Source: Candidatus Kaiserbacteria bacterium (GTDB lineage Bacteria > Patescibacteriota > Minisyncoccia > Phycocordibacterales > UBA918). From it: a DNA stretch of 64,000 bases. The DNA lies in contig JACQKD010000001.1 of the NCBI GenBank assembly GCA_016204695.1, forward strand, positions 68,976 through 132,975, in the 5' to 3' direction. A model generated the notes under the pieces. The model made no database searches. It was given only the letters and a program-made list of their open reading frames with translations, and had not been told where the DNA came from. The number at the start of each line of letters is the position of its first letter. Within the stretch, counting starts at the first letter, position 1. The translations under genes and the position numbers were made by a program. Of this stretch, positions 18,962-28,035 are shown one piece after another.

Positions 18962-19981
18962 TTATTTCTTGTTTGTGCCGAGAATGCCGCTCGTGACGAT
19001 CTTGAGCGTATCGGCGGGCATGTTTTTTCTGTTTTCTTCTGCTTGTTTCGCAAGATCGTCCGCGAGGATGGTTTCAAGAGAGCGGCCGGTGAGAGCCGTG
19101 AGCATACGGTCGACATATGACACCGTTATGGCGCGGAGCACGTGGCTTTTCTTTGCGGCGTTCTTGAGTGCGACGATGCCGGCAACCTCGCCGTTGTCGA
19201 CGACCGGTCCTCCCGACACGCCGAAACTTCCCACCGCCGACGATCCGAGCGTCAACATGTCGAGCTGGAGCGCTTCGGTGAGCGCGCCCGTGCGGGTGAT
19301 CATGGGCGAGGATGCCATGAGCATCAATTTTTTCCGTATTCCATCGAAGTCGAGGTCTCCGGTCGGATACCCCGCCACCGTGACGATCTCGCCCTCACTC
19401 GTCGTCCCGGAAAGATCAATCGGCAATGCCGGGAAGGAGGCGGGCAGAGATCCTTTTTTCGCACCGGTCACATAGAGCAGTGCGAAGTCATTGACGCCGT
19501 TTCCTCGAGAGCCGCCCTTTTTGAGCTCATCCTTGTTCTGCTCGGCCCAGATTGACGGGAAGTAGAGTATGGATGCGGTGTACCGCTCTTTTGCCGGTGA
19601 GCCGGTGCGGACACTGCAATGTCCCGATACCTTTCCTTCCGCGCCGTCGAGGAGGAAATATTGCGCGACATGCGCGTTTGTGAGAATGACGCCGTCATCG
19701 TCGATGAAGACGCCGGAGCCGGTGGTCGCGTAGGTCTTTTTTCCGGCCTTGATCCGGCAGTAGAGGTTGACGGTCGCATTCCGGATCTCTTCAGATATCT
19801 CCGCATCTGCGGGAGCGTCTTGCGCGAGCCAATGGAGCGCGAATGCCGTACGGGGGCTCGACGAGAACAGTGAGACGGCGATCAGCGCGGACATCAAGAA
19901 CAGCCGGAGTGGTTTTTTGGTTTGCATATGCGGTCGAATGGTACTTGTCGTATCGGAGTAACGCGTCGTTTTCTTCATCAT
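18962..19981 (-). CDS. Secreted trypsin-like (S1) serine protease
   Basis: GSGVFI, LTNAHV (His), NDFALL (Asp), GVSGGPV (Ser); the start may be downstream (MQTKK). Confidence 0.88.
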   Translation of the reverse strand: MMKKTTRYSDTTSTIRPHMQTKKPLRLFLMSALIAVSLFSSSPRTAFALHWLAQDAPADAEISEEIRNATVNLYCRIKAGKKTYATTGSGVFIDDDGVILTNAHVAQYFLLDGAEGKVSGHCSVRTGSPAKERYTASILYFPSIWAEQNKDELKKGGSRGNGVNDFALLYVTGAKKGSLPASFPALPIDLSGTTSEGEIVTVAGYPTGDLDFDGIRKKLMLMASSPMITRTGALTEALQLDMLTLGSSAVGSFGVSGGPVVDNGEVAGIVALKNAAKKSHVLRAITVSYVDRMLTALTGRSLETILADDLAKQAEENRKNMPADTLKIVTSGILGTNKK

Positions 19982-20041
19982 GTCTTATGTATCATATCAC
20001 TGCCGAGCGACCATTTCATGGAGGTTGCTCTTAGCATACGT

Positions 20042-21187
20042 TTACGGCAGTTGTTCCGGCAGTTCGGTTTCGCCGAAAATATCCAAGGCATACACATTGG
20101 CGGTTCCCAATCCTATACAGATCACGGCTACTATCGCCATCGCGCCGAATACCTTCTTTGCATGGATGCGATATGCGCTTGCTCGCGCCACGAGAGCGAG
20201 TCCCGCGGTTGCGCATGCCGCGAGCGCAAGTATGCCCATGGAGAAAGCCACCCGATTTGTCAGTATGCCGACCGCCGCGCTGATGACGGGGGTGGCCGCA
20301 GAGAGAGCGGCATTGTGAGCATATGTCTCGATCATGATGTTGACCGTCTCCTCCGGCAGGGGACCCGCTATGGCAACGGCGAGAGCACCCGTGCCAAGTC
20401 CGAGTATTCCCGCATATACGGCATACACGAACAGACGCGCGGTATCGGCGGGTATGAGCATGATACCGACACTCAAGAAAAGCAGGGTTATACCGGCAAG
20501 CACCAAAAGCGCGTTCGGCGCCGCCCGGTACGCGCGCTGAAACGGGCGCACGTGGACGGTCGCCTCCGGTGATATGGTCGTTTCCTCAAAGCGCACGCTC
20601 TTGATCCGCTCCCCGAGCATATCTATCGCTCTGTTCGCCTCGGCTATGTTGATGATTTGGGGTCGGCACGTGGCGGTGAACGCGTCAAAATCGTACTCCG
20701 CCGCAGTACCGCATACGGGAAGACGCTCCACTTTACTCTTGAGATACGCTGTGAATACGTCTCCCGCTTGTTCCATTCTCGAATCAAGCGACAGGGAGTA
20801 CGACAGTGTCTCCCGCTTACCTTCAAGGAAATCGTAGAACGCGTCGATCAGGCGTTCCGCTTGTTCCTCGATCCAATCCGGAGGGACAATTTCTTTCAGT
20901 CCTTTGCGCAAGTCTTCTTCCGCGACGCGATTACCCAATATCTCCTCGGTCGTCAGGTGTCGTCCCACGTCATTGGCGCTTTTCTTGAGTTCTTCAAAAT
21001 AGAGCGTCAGTGCCAGATCGGGACCGTATTCATATATCCGTGCATCTTTCAGGACGTCTTTTACCGTATCCCGATCACGCACCGTGGATACGACAGGGAA
21101 GAATACGAGCACAACAACGCCCGCCAAAAAGGCTGCGATCAAGAAGGGCATCGCCACGATCCATCGTATCCCGGAGATAAACGTCAT
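20042..21187 (-). CDS. Multi-pass membrane protein
   Basis: N-terminal TM, soluble domain, four C-terminal TMs. Confidence 0.7.
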   Translation of the reverse strand: MTFISGIRWIVAMPFLIAAFLAGVVVLVFFPVVSTVRDRDTVKDVLKDARIYEYGPDLALTLYFEELKKSANDVGRHLTTEEILGNRVAEEDLRKGLKEIVPPDWIEEQAERLIDAFYDFLEGKRETLSYSLSLDSRMEQAGDVFTAYLKSKVERLPVCGTAAEYDFDAFTATCRPQIINIAEANRAIDMLGERIKSVRFEETTISPEATVHVRPFQRAYRAAPNALLVLAGITLLFLSVGIMLIPADTARLFVYAVYAGILGLGTGALAVAIAGPLPEETVNIMIETYAHNAALSAATPVISAAVGILTNRVAFSMGILALAACATAGLALVARASAYRIHAKKVFGAMAIVAVICIGLGTANVYALDIFGETELPEQLP

Positions 21188-21246
21188 AATCCTGTCTATT
21201 GTACGTCACGCAACGGGTGTACGTCGCAGATTCTTATCAAGTCCGG

Positions 21247-21861
21247 CTACACGCCGAATCGGTCTTTGAAATATCCTTGCGGCGCAGTCGATGCATCGAA
21301 CAGTTCGTTCGCTTCTTTGTTGAGCGTCTCGATGTATTCAAAAAACCCTTGCTTCTCGAAGATCGGCAGATTTAGCTCGGCGCACACGTCGGCGATCTCC
21401 TTTGCCAGAGCGTCGGCGTCTTCATCATCGCGCGCCATTTTTTCCGCTTCGTAATAATAGCTGTGGCCCGGCACCTCGACGAGCGCGAATTCGATGCCTT
21501 TGTATTCGTAGACGTGGCTCTTGCGGACGCACAACATTCCCTTTTCATATCCCAGGGCGGCAAAGATTTCAGTGAGCGTATCGAACGTGTTCGACGTCGT
21601 CGTGACCGAAAGTTCTTTGCGCTTTTCAGTTCCGCCCCAGTCGCCGATCTTGACGATGATCTCCGGAACGCCGTTCGTTACCCGCAAACGGATATCGATC
21701 TGGCGCTCGCGGATGCCGCCGGGAAGAAACGTGGAGTAGTCGATCAGTATCCGATCTTTTTCGGTGATCTTCCGGGCATTCGCGTCAAGAAACGCTTTAA
21801 GTTCCGAATATTTCTCCGTCGTCAGCGGACCTCGCATCTCGATTTCAATATTACGTTCCAT
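21247..21861 (-). CDS. CYTH-domain protein
   Basis: IEIEMR, IRLR, YYYEAEK tunnel motifs. Confidence 0.85.
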   Translation of the reverse strand: MERNIEIEMRGPLTTEKYSELKAFLDANARKITEKDRILIDYSTFLPGGIRERQIDIRLRVTNGVPEIIVKIGDWGGTEKRKELSVTTTSNTFDTLTEIFAALGYEKGMLCVRKSHVYEYKGIEFALVEVPGHSYYYEAEKMARDDEDADALAKEIADVCAELNLPIFEKQGFFEYIETLNKEANELFDASTAPQGYFKDRFGV

Positions 21862-22010
21862 ACGGTATCCGGTTTTTAATTTCGCTCATCATACCAGATC
21901 GTACGCCCGAAGATTCTGTAGAGTCTCTGCGAGCAAGAAGAGAATCACCAGCCGAACACCGTATGAAGCTTCACCGCGTGGTTTGTGTTGAGATGTGTCG
22001 AATGAAGGTT

Positions 22011-23279
22011 CTAATCATCCCACGGAGGGTCGATACAGCGGTTGGTGAAGAGACATTGCTCGAAACATCCGCCCTTTACCGGACTGTTCAGGTCGGCGTC
22101 GGTCTTGATGCCGCACGAGTCGTCGCAGGCATCCACGGTGTCGTTGGAGCAAAACGGCAGAGTTTTTGTGTCAACAATAGATATCGGGGTGGTAAGCGTA
22201 ACACCTTTCCCGAACGCGCGCAGAGCATTTTTATAGCCGAGCGCCTCTTGATGTTCGGTAGGCATGCGGCCGATAAGGTCGCGTGAAATTTTTATGAGTC
22301 GGTCGTATACGGCGGGTTCGAAACTGTAGTCCGGCCCCGCTTCCGTACCCCACATCACCTTGGTCGGCGCTCCCTCCACGAGCGGCTTGTAGTCCTTTAC
22401 CGCGCTCGCGAGTATTGCGTCGTAATCCTCGTCGAATTCGGCGATAAAACCGGATGATTTCTCATAGTCATAGAGTATGTCCATGTCATCATTGACGCGA
22501 TGGACAATGTGGGCGGCGTCAATGCTAAAGTACAGATTTGGATATTTTTTCAGAAGCGCTATCAATGTTTTTCTGCTTTCTTTCAGGTCGCTTCGGTACA
22601 TGTGGATGAGAAACGTAGTGTCCGGATACGCAGTGACGATTGCTTCGACATCTTTTATCTTCGATGCCACGGGGTGAAACATGACAGAGAGTCCATGCGC
22701 TTTTGCAAGATCGACGAGTTGCAATACCTTCGGGTCATTATGCCGAGCTTTCCACTCTTGCGTCTCCAACTCCCCGAACCCTTGTATGACCGATGTGCCG
22801 ACGATGGCTTCCGAAGAGGTAAGCGTCGCCTTGTACATGGCGGTGAGCTCCGAGCCGACAAGCTTCTCCACTTCATCTCCTCCTCTCCCCGGATTAAAGA
22901 AGGGGATGATGCGATTGGGGTACTTTTGCACTGCGTCGAGCATGTATCCCAGTCCCGAGTGATTGTGGAGAGTTGCGCGATTTTGGGCGCCTTCTATGGC
23001 GAAAAAGCCGATGAAATAATTGACGCCGTTCCGGTCGAGATTTTTGAAATATTTTTCAATCGGATAGCCGTCTCCGATCTGCTCGGACGTGGCGTACAGA
23101 GGACCGTTGTACATGCCCGGATAGGTGAGCGTGGGATTGAAAAGGGGAACGGCCGCGACTCCGAATCCCATCGTTTCCGTAAGCTTCGAATAGTAGTGGA
23201 TGCCGACAACCGCGCCGACGACGGCGAGCGCCAACAAGAGCGGGATGAACTTCACCGCACGATTTTTGAATGTGATCAT
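22011..23279 (-). CDS. Membrane-anchored amidohydrolase-family protein
   Basis: GFGEL, VMFHP, FLIHM, KVMWGTE, LGYKNALR; Cys-rich tail. Confidence 0.75.
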   Translation of the reverse strand: MITFKNRAVKFIPLLLALAVVGAVVGIHYYSKLTETMGFGVAAVPLFNPTLTYPGMYNGPLYATSEQIGDGYPIEKYFKNLDRNGVNYFIGFFAIEGAQNRATLHNHSGLGYMLDAVQKYPNRIIPFFNPGRGGDEVEKLVGSELTAMYKATLTSSEAIVGTSVIQGFGELETQEWKARHNDPKVLQLVDLAKAHGLSVMFHPVASKIKDVEAIVTAYPDTTFLIHMYRSDLKESRKTLIALLKKYPNLYFSIDAAHIVHRVNDDMDILYDYEKSSGFIAEFDEDYDAILASAVKDYKPLVEGAPTKVMWGTEAGPDYSFEPAVYDRLIKISRDLIGRMPTEHQEALGYKNALRAFGKGVTLTTPISIVDTKTLPFCSNDTVDACDDSCGIKTDADLNSPVKGGCFEQCLFTNRCIDPPWDD

Positions 23280-23389
23280 ATACGCTGTATGGTACTGTGC
23301 GTCCTGTCGGAATCAACCTGCCGGTGCGGATAACTGGCATACTCATACAAACGCATTTGACCCTGTGGATAATTTTATATAATGCTCGC

Positions 23390-23641
23390 ATGAACAAAAG
23401 AGAGATCGCAGGTGGCGTTGTGCACCGGATTCCGTCCGATTTGCGAAAAGTTCTTGCTTCAGCCCTGACCGCAGAAGCGGCATGGCACGATATCACCCCG
23501 CTCGCGCGCAACGAGTGGATTTGCTGGATTACATCCGCCAAGAAACCGGAAACGAGAAGTCATCGAATCAAGCGGGCGTGCTCCGAGCTCATGGAAGGCA
23601 TCCGTCGCCCCTGCTGCTGGGCCGGCTGTCCGCATCGGTGA
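23390..23641 (+). CDS. YdeI/OmpD-associated family protein
   Basis: ITPLARNEWICWITSAKK...RRPCCWAGCPHR. Confidence 0.85.
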   Translation: MNKREIAGGVVHRIPSDLRKVLASALTAEAAWHDITPLARNEWICWITSAKKPETRSHRIKRACSELMEGIRRPCCWAGCPHR

Positions 23642-23685
23642 GATAGTCAGTAAGGATGTCCCGTCACTGTCGAAGAATACCAATT

Positions 23686-23714
23686 TTGACTTTAGGTCAA
23701 TTGTAACGTATAAC
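23686..23714 (+). promoter_or_regulatory. Sigma70-type promoter with palindrome over the -35 box
   Basis: TTGACT-17nt-TATAAC; TTGAC-N5-GTCAA at 23686-23700. Confidence 0.7.
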
Positions 23715-23729
23715 ATTCGCGTGTTACCT

Positions 23730-23878
23730 ATGATAACCAACCCACGGGAGAGTGTGGTGCGATCCACATGCAAGTGTCCCACTTGCGGGTGTTTTGTGTT
23801 GTCATAGTTTTCTACTCCTCTTCTAGAATTAGAATAATTTTGATACATACGCCCCGCAAGTGGGTGGTTTTCTGTTTT
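23730..23878 (+). promoter_or_regulatory. Candidate leader-peptide attenuator
   Basis: 25-aa uORF at 23730-23807; CCCACTTGCGGG (23778-23789) is complementary to CCCGCAAGTGGG (23853-23864), which precedes a T-rich tract. Confidence 0.5.
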
Positions 23879-23901
23879 ACTTGGAAATTAATTCTTCTAC
23901 T

Positions 23902-24329
23902 ATGAAGTCACATACATCTCGAAAACATAAACACGTTTTTCTCCGAATGAGGCGCCATTCCGATGCCTCAATTGTCACGTCGTGATTCCCAACACCACTT
24001 GGGGTACCATGCATCGTAATCACTGCCCACTGTGTCTTTGGTGCAAACATGTCGATCTGAAGATGCCCGGAGATCGTCGTTCTCTATGCCAGGGAAGAAT
24101 GAAACCGATCGGGTTGACGCGTAAGTCCAAGGGCGAACTGATGGTTGTGCACCAATGCCTGAAGTGCGGCAAATTGTCTCCTAATCGAATTGCCGGTGAC
24201 GATAATTGTGACGTGCTGTTGTCTTTGCTTGAAGAGCCGATCCAGCGAAGACGCATCACGATGATACCTTTGGCGGATCGCGATCAGGTACTGACAGCGT
24301 TATTCGGGTACGACCACCCGGATATTTAA
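23902..24329 (+). pseudogene. RNHCP-domain protein with apparent frameshift near the 5' end
   Basis: HRNHCPLCLW, PGDRRSLCQGRM, HQCLKCG and NRIAGDD. The first CxxC (FRCLNC) lies upstream of the only in-frame start (GTG 23982), and ATG 23902 is in another frame across T5 at 23936-23940. Confidence 0.7.
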
Positions 24330-24334
24330 CCGAT

Positions 24335-24364
24335 AAAAAGTCCCACCCTACGGTGGGACTTTTT
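24335..24364. terminator. Bidirectional intrinsic terminator abutting a TGGCTCC core
   Basis: AAAAAGTCCCACC-CTAC-GGTGGGACTTTTT. Confidence 0.85.
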
Positions 24365-24425
24365 GGCTCCATATGTTGCACAAAGTGAACGTGTCTGGTG
24401 TAAGCGATAAGTATGCTTTACTTGC

Positions 24426-25073
24426 CTATAGTGCGTCGAAAAACTGCTTGAGCTGTGTACCGACGGCGCGCATGCCTTTCTCGGTGAGGTGACAGCCGTC
24501 GTCGAGTACTTCCTCTGGCGCATGCGGAGCGAGCGTTGGTCCCGCATGCACATCGCCTTGCGCCGCAAGCTCGCGGACGAGCTCCTCACCGCGCGCGAGG
24601 CCCTCCGTGCCGGTGATCCTGCATACACCTGTCTGGTACGACGGTAAGGCGGAGACGTAAATTTCGACTCCCGGAATCCGGCCCTTGATACCTGCAATGA
24701 CCTTTTGCGCGTCGGCAAGGGTCGGCGTGTCGTCGCGCGGCACGCACAACTGCCACCAGATGACGCGAGTATTGGGATGTGCGCCGAGGTAGCGGTCGAA
24801 GGTATGCCAGAAGTCATTGTCGATATTCGCCCATTCTCTCACCGTGCCGCTGTCGAAGTCATGTTTGCGGTCGTCTGTCAGTTGCCAGAGGTCGTCTCCT
24901 CCCGCCATGTGGTAGCCCATCACCGATTGGGCTGTATTCGAACAGCCGATAAATCCGATGGTTGCGTCCGCGTTCGTTTCAAGAGGTTCGGGTGCGCGGT
25001 CTTTCCACAGATAACAGACCGCAAAACCCGCCGCAAATGCAAGAGGAATCAAGAGTATCCACAGATGTCTCAT
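24426..25073 (-). CDS. SGNH/GDSL-like hydrolase, membrane-anchored
   Basis: N-terminal TM, IGCSNT, DGCHL. Confidence 0.65.
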   Translation of the reverse strand: MRHLWILLIPLAFAAGFAVCYLWKDRAPEPLETNADATIGFIGCSNTAQSVMGYHMAGGDDLWQLTDDRKHDFDSGTVREWANIDNDFWHTFDRYLGAHPNTRVIWWQLCVPRDDTPTLADAQKVIAGIKGRIPGVEIYVSALPSYQTGVCRITGTEGLARGEELVRELAAQGDVHAGPTLAPHAPEEVLDDGCHLTEKGMRAVGTQLKQFFDAL

Positions 25074-25152
25074 TGTCTCCACTATACACCGACCTTCGGT
25101 ATTCCGGTGGCATATCAGTGTATGGAATCTTGATAATGTATTATAGATAAAA

Positions 25153-26178
25153 ATGGATAGAAAAGTGCTAAAAATTCTTTTAGGGGTGGTGGCCGTCGTT
25201 GTGGTGAGCACAATTGTTTTCGCTAACATAAAACAAATAGACGATACAGAAACATTAACAGGAGGGATTGAGCAAACCACCACGGCGCCAGCTTCAAGTA
25301 TTGCGACAAATTCTAATCCGACAGAAGACAGTACAGAAAATTCAGAAGAATCTGAAATAGTTAAAAAAGAAACAATTGCGCAAAATGTTACGAGCGTGGA
25401 CACTGTAACGGCAAGCGAATCGGAATCCACGGAAGTACAGACTACGAAAAGGAGTGAAAGTATAGAAAATACTAATTGGTGGAAACCCCATCCAAATACA
25501 TCGTGGCAATGGCAACTGACGGGAACACTAAATCAAAACTATGCCGTTGATATGTATGACGTGGACTTATTTGATAATTCAAAAAAAGCGATACGTGCAT
25601 TGCAAACCAAAGGCATCAAGGTCATTTGCTATTTCAGTGCCGGAAGTTATGAAGATTGGAGAATCGACAAGGGTGATTTTCCAAATAAGGTCAAGGGAGA
25701 CACTCTTGAAGGATGGGCAAATGAGAGATGGCTTGATATTTCCAAAATTGACCTACTTGCACCGATTATGGAGAGCAGATTGGATTTGGCGGTAGAAAAA
25801 GGGTGTGATGGTGTTGAGCCGGATAATGTGGACGGTTATCTGAACGACACCGGACTTGCTTTGACTTATCAAGACCAATTGACATATAACAAATGGCTTG
25901 CGGGAGAGGCACACAAAAAGGGATTGGCTATTGGTTTGAAAAATGATCTCGAGCAAATTCCCGAACTGGTTGATTATTTTGATTTTGCGTTAAATGAACA
26001 ATGTTTTGAATATGATGAATGCGAAACGCTTTTGCCATTCATTGAGCAAAACAAAGCGGTGTTTGGAGTAGAATATGAATTACACACAAAGAAATTTTGC
26101 AACGAGGCAATCAAGTTGAACTTCGATTGGTTGAAGATGGAATACGACTTGGATGGCGGAAGAATCTCTTGCAGGTAG
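25153..26178 (+). CDS. GH114 endo-alpha-1,4-polygalactosaminidase-like protein
   Basis: WQWQL, ICYFSAGSYEDWR, DGVEPDNVD, LKND, NEQC; low GC. Confidence 0.9.
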   Translation: MDRKVLKILLGVVAVVVVSTIVFANIKQIDDTETLTGGIEQTTTAPASSIATNSNPTEDSTENSEESEIVKKETIAQNVTSVDTVTASESESTEVQTTKRSESIENTNWWKPHPNTSWQWQLTGTLNQNYAVDMYDVDLFDNSKKAIRALQTKGIKVICYFSAGSYEDWRIDKGDFPNKVKGDTLEGWANERWLDISKIDLLAPIMESRLDLAVEKGCDGVEPDNVDGYLNDTGLALTYQDQLTYNKWLAGEAHKKGLAIGLKNDLEQIPELVDYFDFALNEQCFEYDECETLLPFIEQNKAVFGVEYELHTKKFCNEAIKLNFDWLKMEYDLDGGRISCR

Positions 26179-26226
26179 TTTAAATTTGGCTCCCGAATTA
26201 AAACCTTCGCAAACCGTTGGAATTAT

Positions 26227-26913
26227 TTATAGAGCTATTTTCTGAGTTTGCGGAGATTTGAGAAAATCATTTATTTTATAAGTCATTTCTATGGTAACGA
26301 AAGGGGGTTTCTCTTGTGGAGCAAATAGTGGAGGTCTATTTTGCGCATCATTCAGTCTAACCGATGCTAAAACGAATTCATAAGGAGTTTCAGGCCTTAA
26401 ACTTTCACAAACCAATCTGTAAGTAGATACAATTCTAGTATTGCGTATAGGTATAATAGGTACGCTTTCTCCTTCTGTAGTTTCAAATGCGATTGCAGTG
26501 GTGGTCTGGTCTACTGGATAAAAGTCACAGCAAGGCATATCAATTACTTTGCCAACTCCAGCAATAAGATGGGGATTTTCGAATGTTATCCTCGAGTCAA
26601 AATCAGTTATTGTTTCGTTGCCATTGTTAATCAGAGTAAGTCGCGTCTCTGTCATGAATGTATTCCAATGGATACCGAAATACTCTCTTGTATAAGTGCT
26701 TGATGTGGCATATATCTCTATAACCACTGAATTCACTGGAGGGTGTATCCAATTTTTGATGTGTTTGAAAATACTGGGGTAATCGCGTAAAAAAGTCAGT
26801 AGAGAACAGATGGCAATAACCCCCATTAATACTGTTCCCAAGACTCCTCCCCCGAATGTTATTTTAAGGACTATAACTGCAATCAGTACAACAAATATCA
26901 TCGTGCTTATCAT
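26227..26913 (-). CDS. Hypothetical membrane-anchored protein
   Basis: Two N-terminal TMs; low GC; lies between two TGGCTCC cores. Confidence 0.6.
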   Translation of the reverse strand: MISTMIFVVLIAVIVLKITFGGGVLGTVLMGVIAICSLLTFLRDYPSIFKHIKNWIHPPVNSVVIEIYATSSTYTREYFGIHWNTFMTETRLTLINNGNETITDFDSRITFENPHLIAGVGKVIDMPCCDFYPVDQTTTAIAFETTEGESVPIIPIRNTRIVSTYRLVCESLRPETPYEFVLASVRLNDAQNRPPLFAPQEKPPFVTIEMTYKINDFLKSPQTQKIAL

Positions 26914-27107
26914 CTTGGCTCCCTACGTTGGACGAGTTCAGAACTATCAAATGGGACGAGTTTTTCAGAGAGGCAGAGTGGTTATCGGTCGCCGTGCCTA
27001 ACCTTGGCAATCTTGTTTCGGCATGAAAATAGCATATACTCCAATGTGTGCTGAACATACTCCATTTTGTCACTCCAGTTATTTTGTCGTTTGGCATTCT
27101 CATTACC

Positions 27108-27554
27108 ATGTATTCCAAACTCATACTTGCTTTTGCTGTTGGGGCTATTGGCTCGGCCGCTTACATCACTGCACTTTATTTCAAGTTTATAGGTGAGACA
27201 GACGACCACAGGAGAATCATAATGATGCCGTTTCAGAACCTTGAGGGTATGTTGGACGGGACAACCATCAGAAAAATGAGTGTATCAAAATGTTTTTGGT
27301 ATTGTGTAGTGGGCGGTTGCATTGCTGTTATATTCCAATTTGATGTTCCTAATTTTGTCGCTGTACAGAGTTTGATACTTGGAGCGACATGGCCGGCGAT
27401 TGTGTCCCAGTTTCTGTCTGGCAGGATGGCAAGTCCTACATCTAGTGAGCTAGATTTGTTGAGAAGAGCGAGCTCCCCACTGTCTGTTGGAACTTCCTCT
27501 TTGGCAGAGCGTATAAGGAAAATAAAGGAACAAAGCAAACATGACAATCAATGA
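27108..27554 (+). CDS. 3-TM membrane protein
   Basis: Three hydrophobic helices (GAIGS, GGCIA, LILGATW); alternative GTG start at 27048. Confidence 0.7.
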   Translation: MYSKLILAFAVGAIGSAAYITALYFKFIGETDDHRRIIMMPFQNLEGMLDGTTIRKMSVSKCFWYCVVGGCIAVIFQFDVPNFVAVQSLILGATWPAIVSQFLSGRMASPTSSELDLLRRASSPLSVGTSSLAERIRKIKEQSKHDNQ

Positions 27555-27996
27555 ATTACTAAAAAAGCCGATTGAGATAATGTTAGAAAATAATGTCTCT
27601 GACGACATCGTTCAACCAAGCGATGTAGTTTCAAAATTACTTGAAAGGGTAGCGAGATTTTCTGACCAATCGGCCCTTGACTTTTTGATTGTTTATGCAG
27701 ACAAGGTGGACGGAAATTACTCAGCAAAAGCAGTAATCACACATAAGGAATTATCGGCACTTTTGGATTTAGTACAAGCACCAAACAATGCGGAAAAAAC
27801 CGTTCAGGAACTTGATTTAGAGGCTAAGTTTCCACTTAGATACTGGCTACATAAAAACGACCCCATTGAAAAAGCATACAATTTGTTTAAGGCAGACCTG
27901 ACCGATACCATAATCATCCTTGATGAGAAAGAAATATATGTTGGGAAAGTCAAACGGAATCCTTTTGTGGAGCGACTAAAAATACTACTTTCTTAG
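27541..27996 (+). CDS. CBS-pair-like protein
   Basis: VQPSDVVS...LIVY...AVITHKEL and LHKNDPIEKAYNLF...IIILDEKEIYVGKV; 14-nt overlap with the upstream gene. Confidence 0.65.
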   Translation: MTINELLKKPIEIMLENNVSDDIVQPSDVVSKLLERVARFSDQSALDFLIVYADKVDGNYSAKAVITHKELSALLDLVQAPNNAEKTVQELDLEAKFPLRYWLHKNDPIEKAYNLFKADLTDTIIILDEKEIYVGKVKRNPFVERLKILLS

Positions 27997-28035
27997 TGTC
28001 TTTGCTTTTCTTTACTCTGTAAAGTAAAGTAAAGC

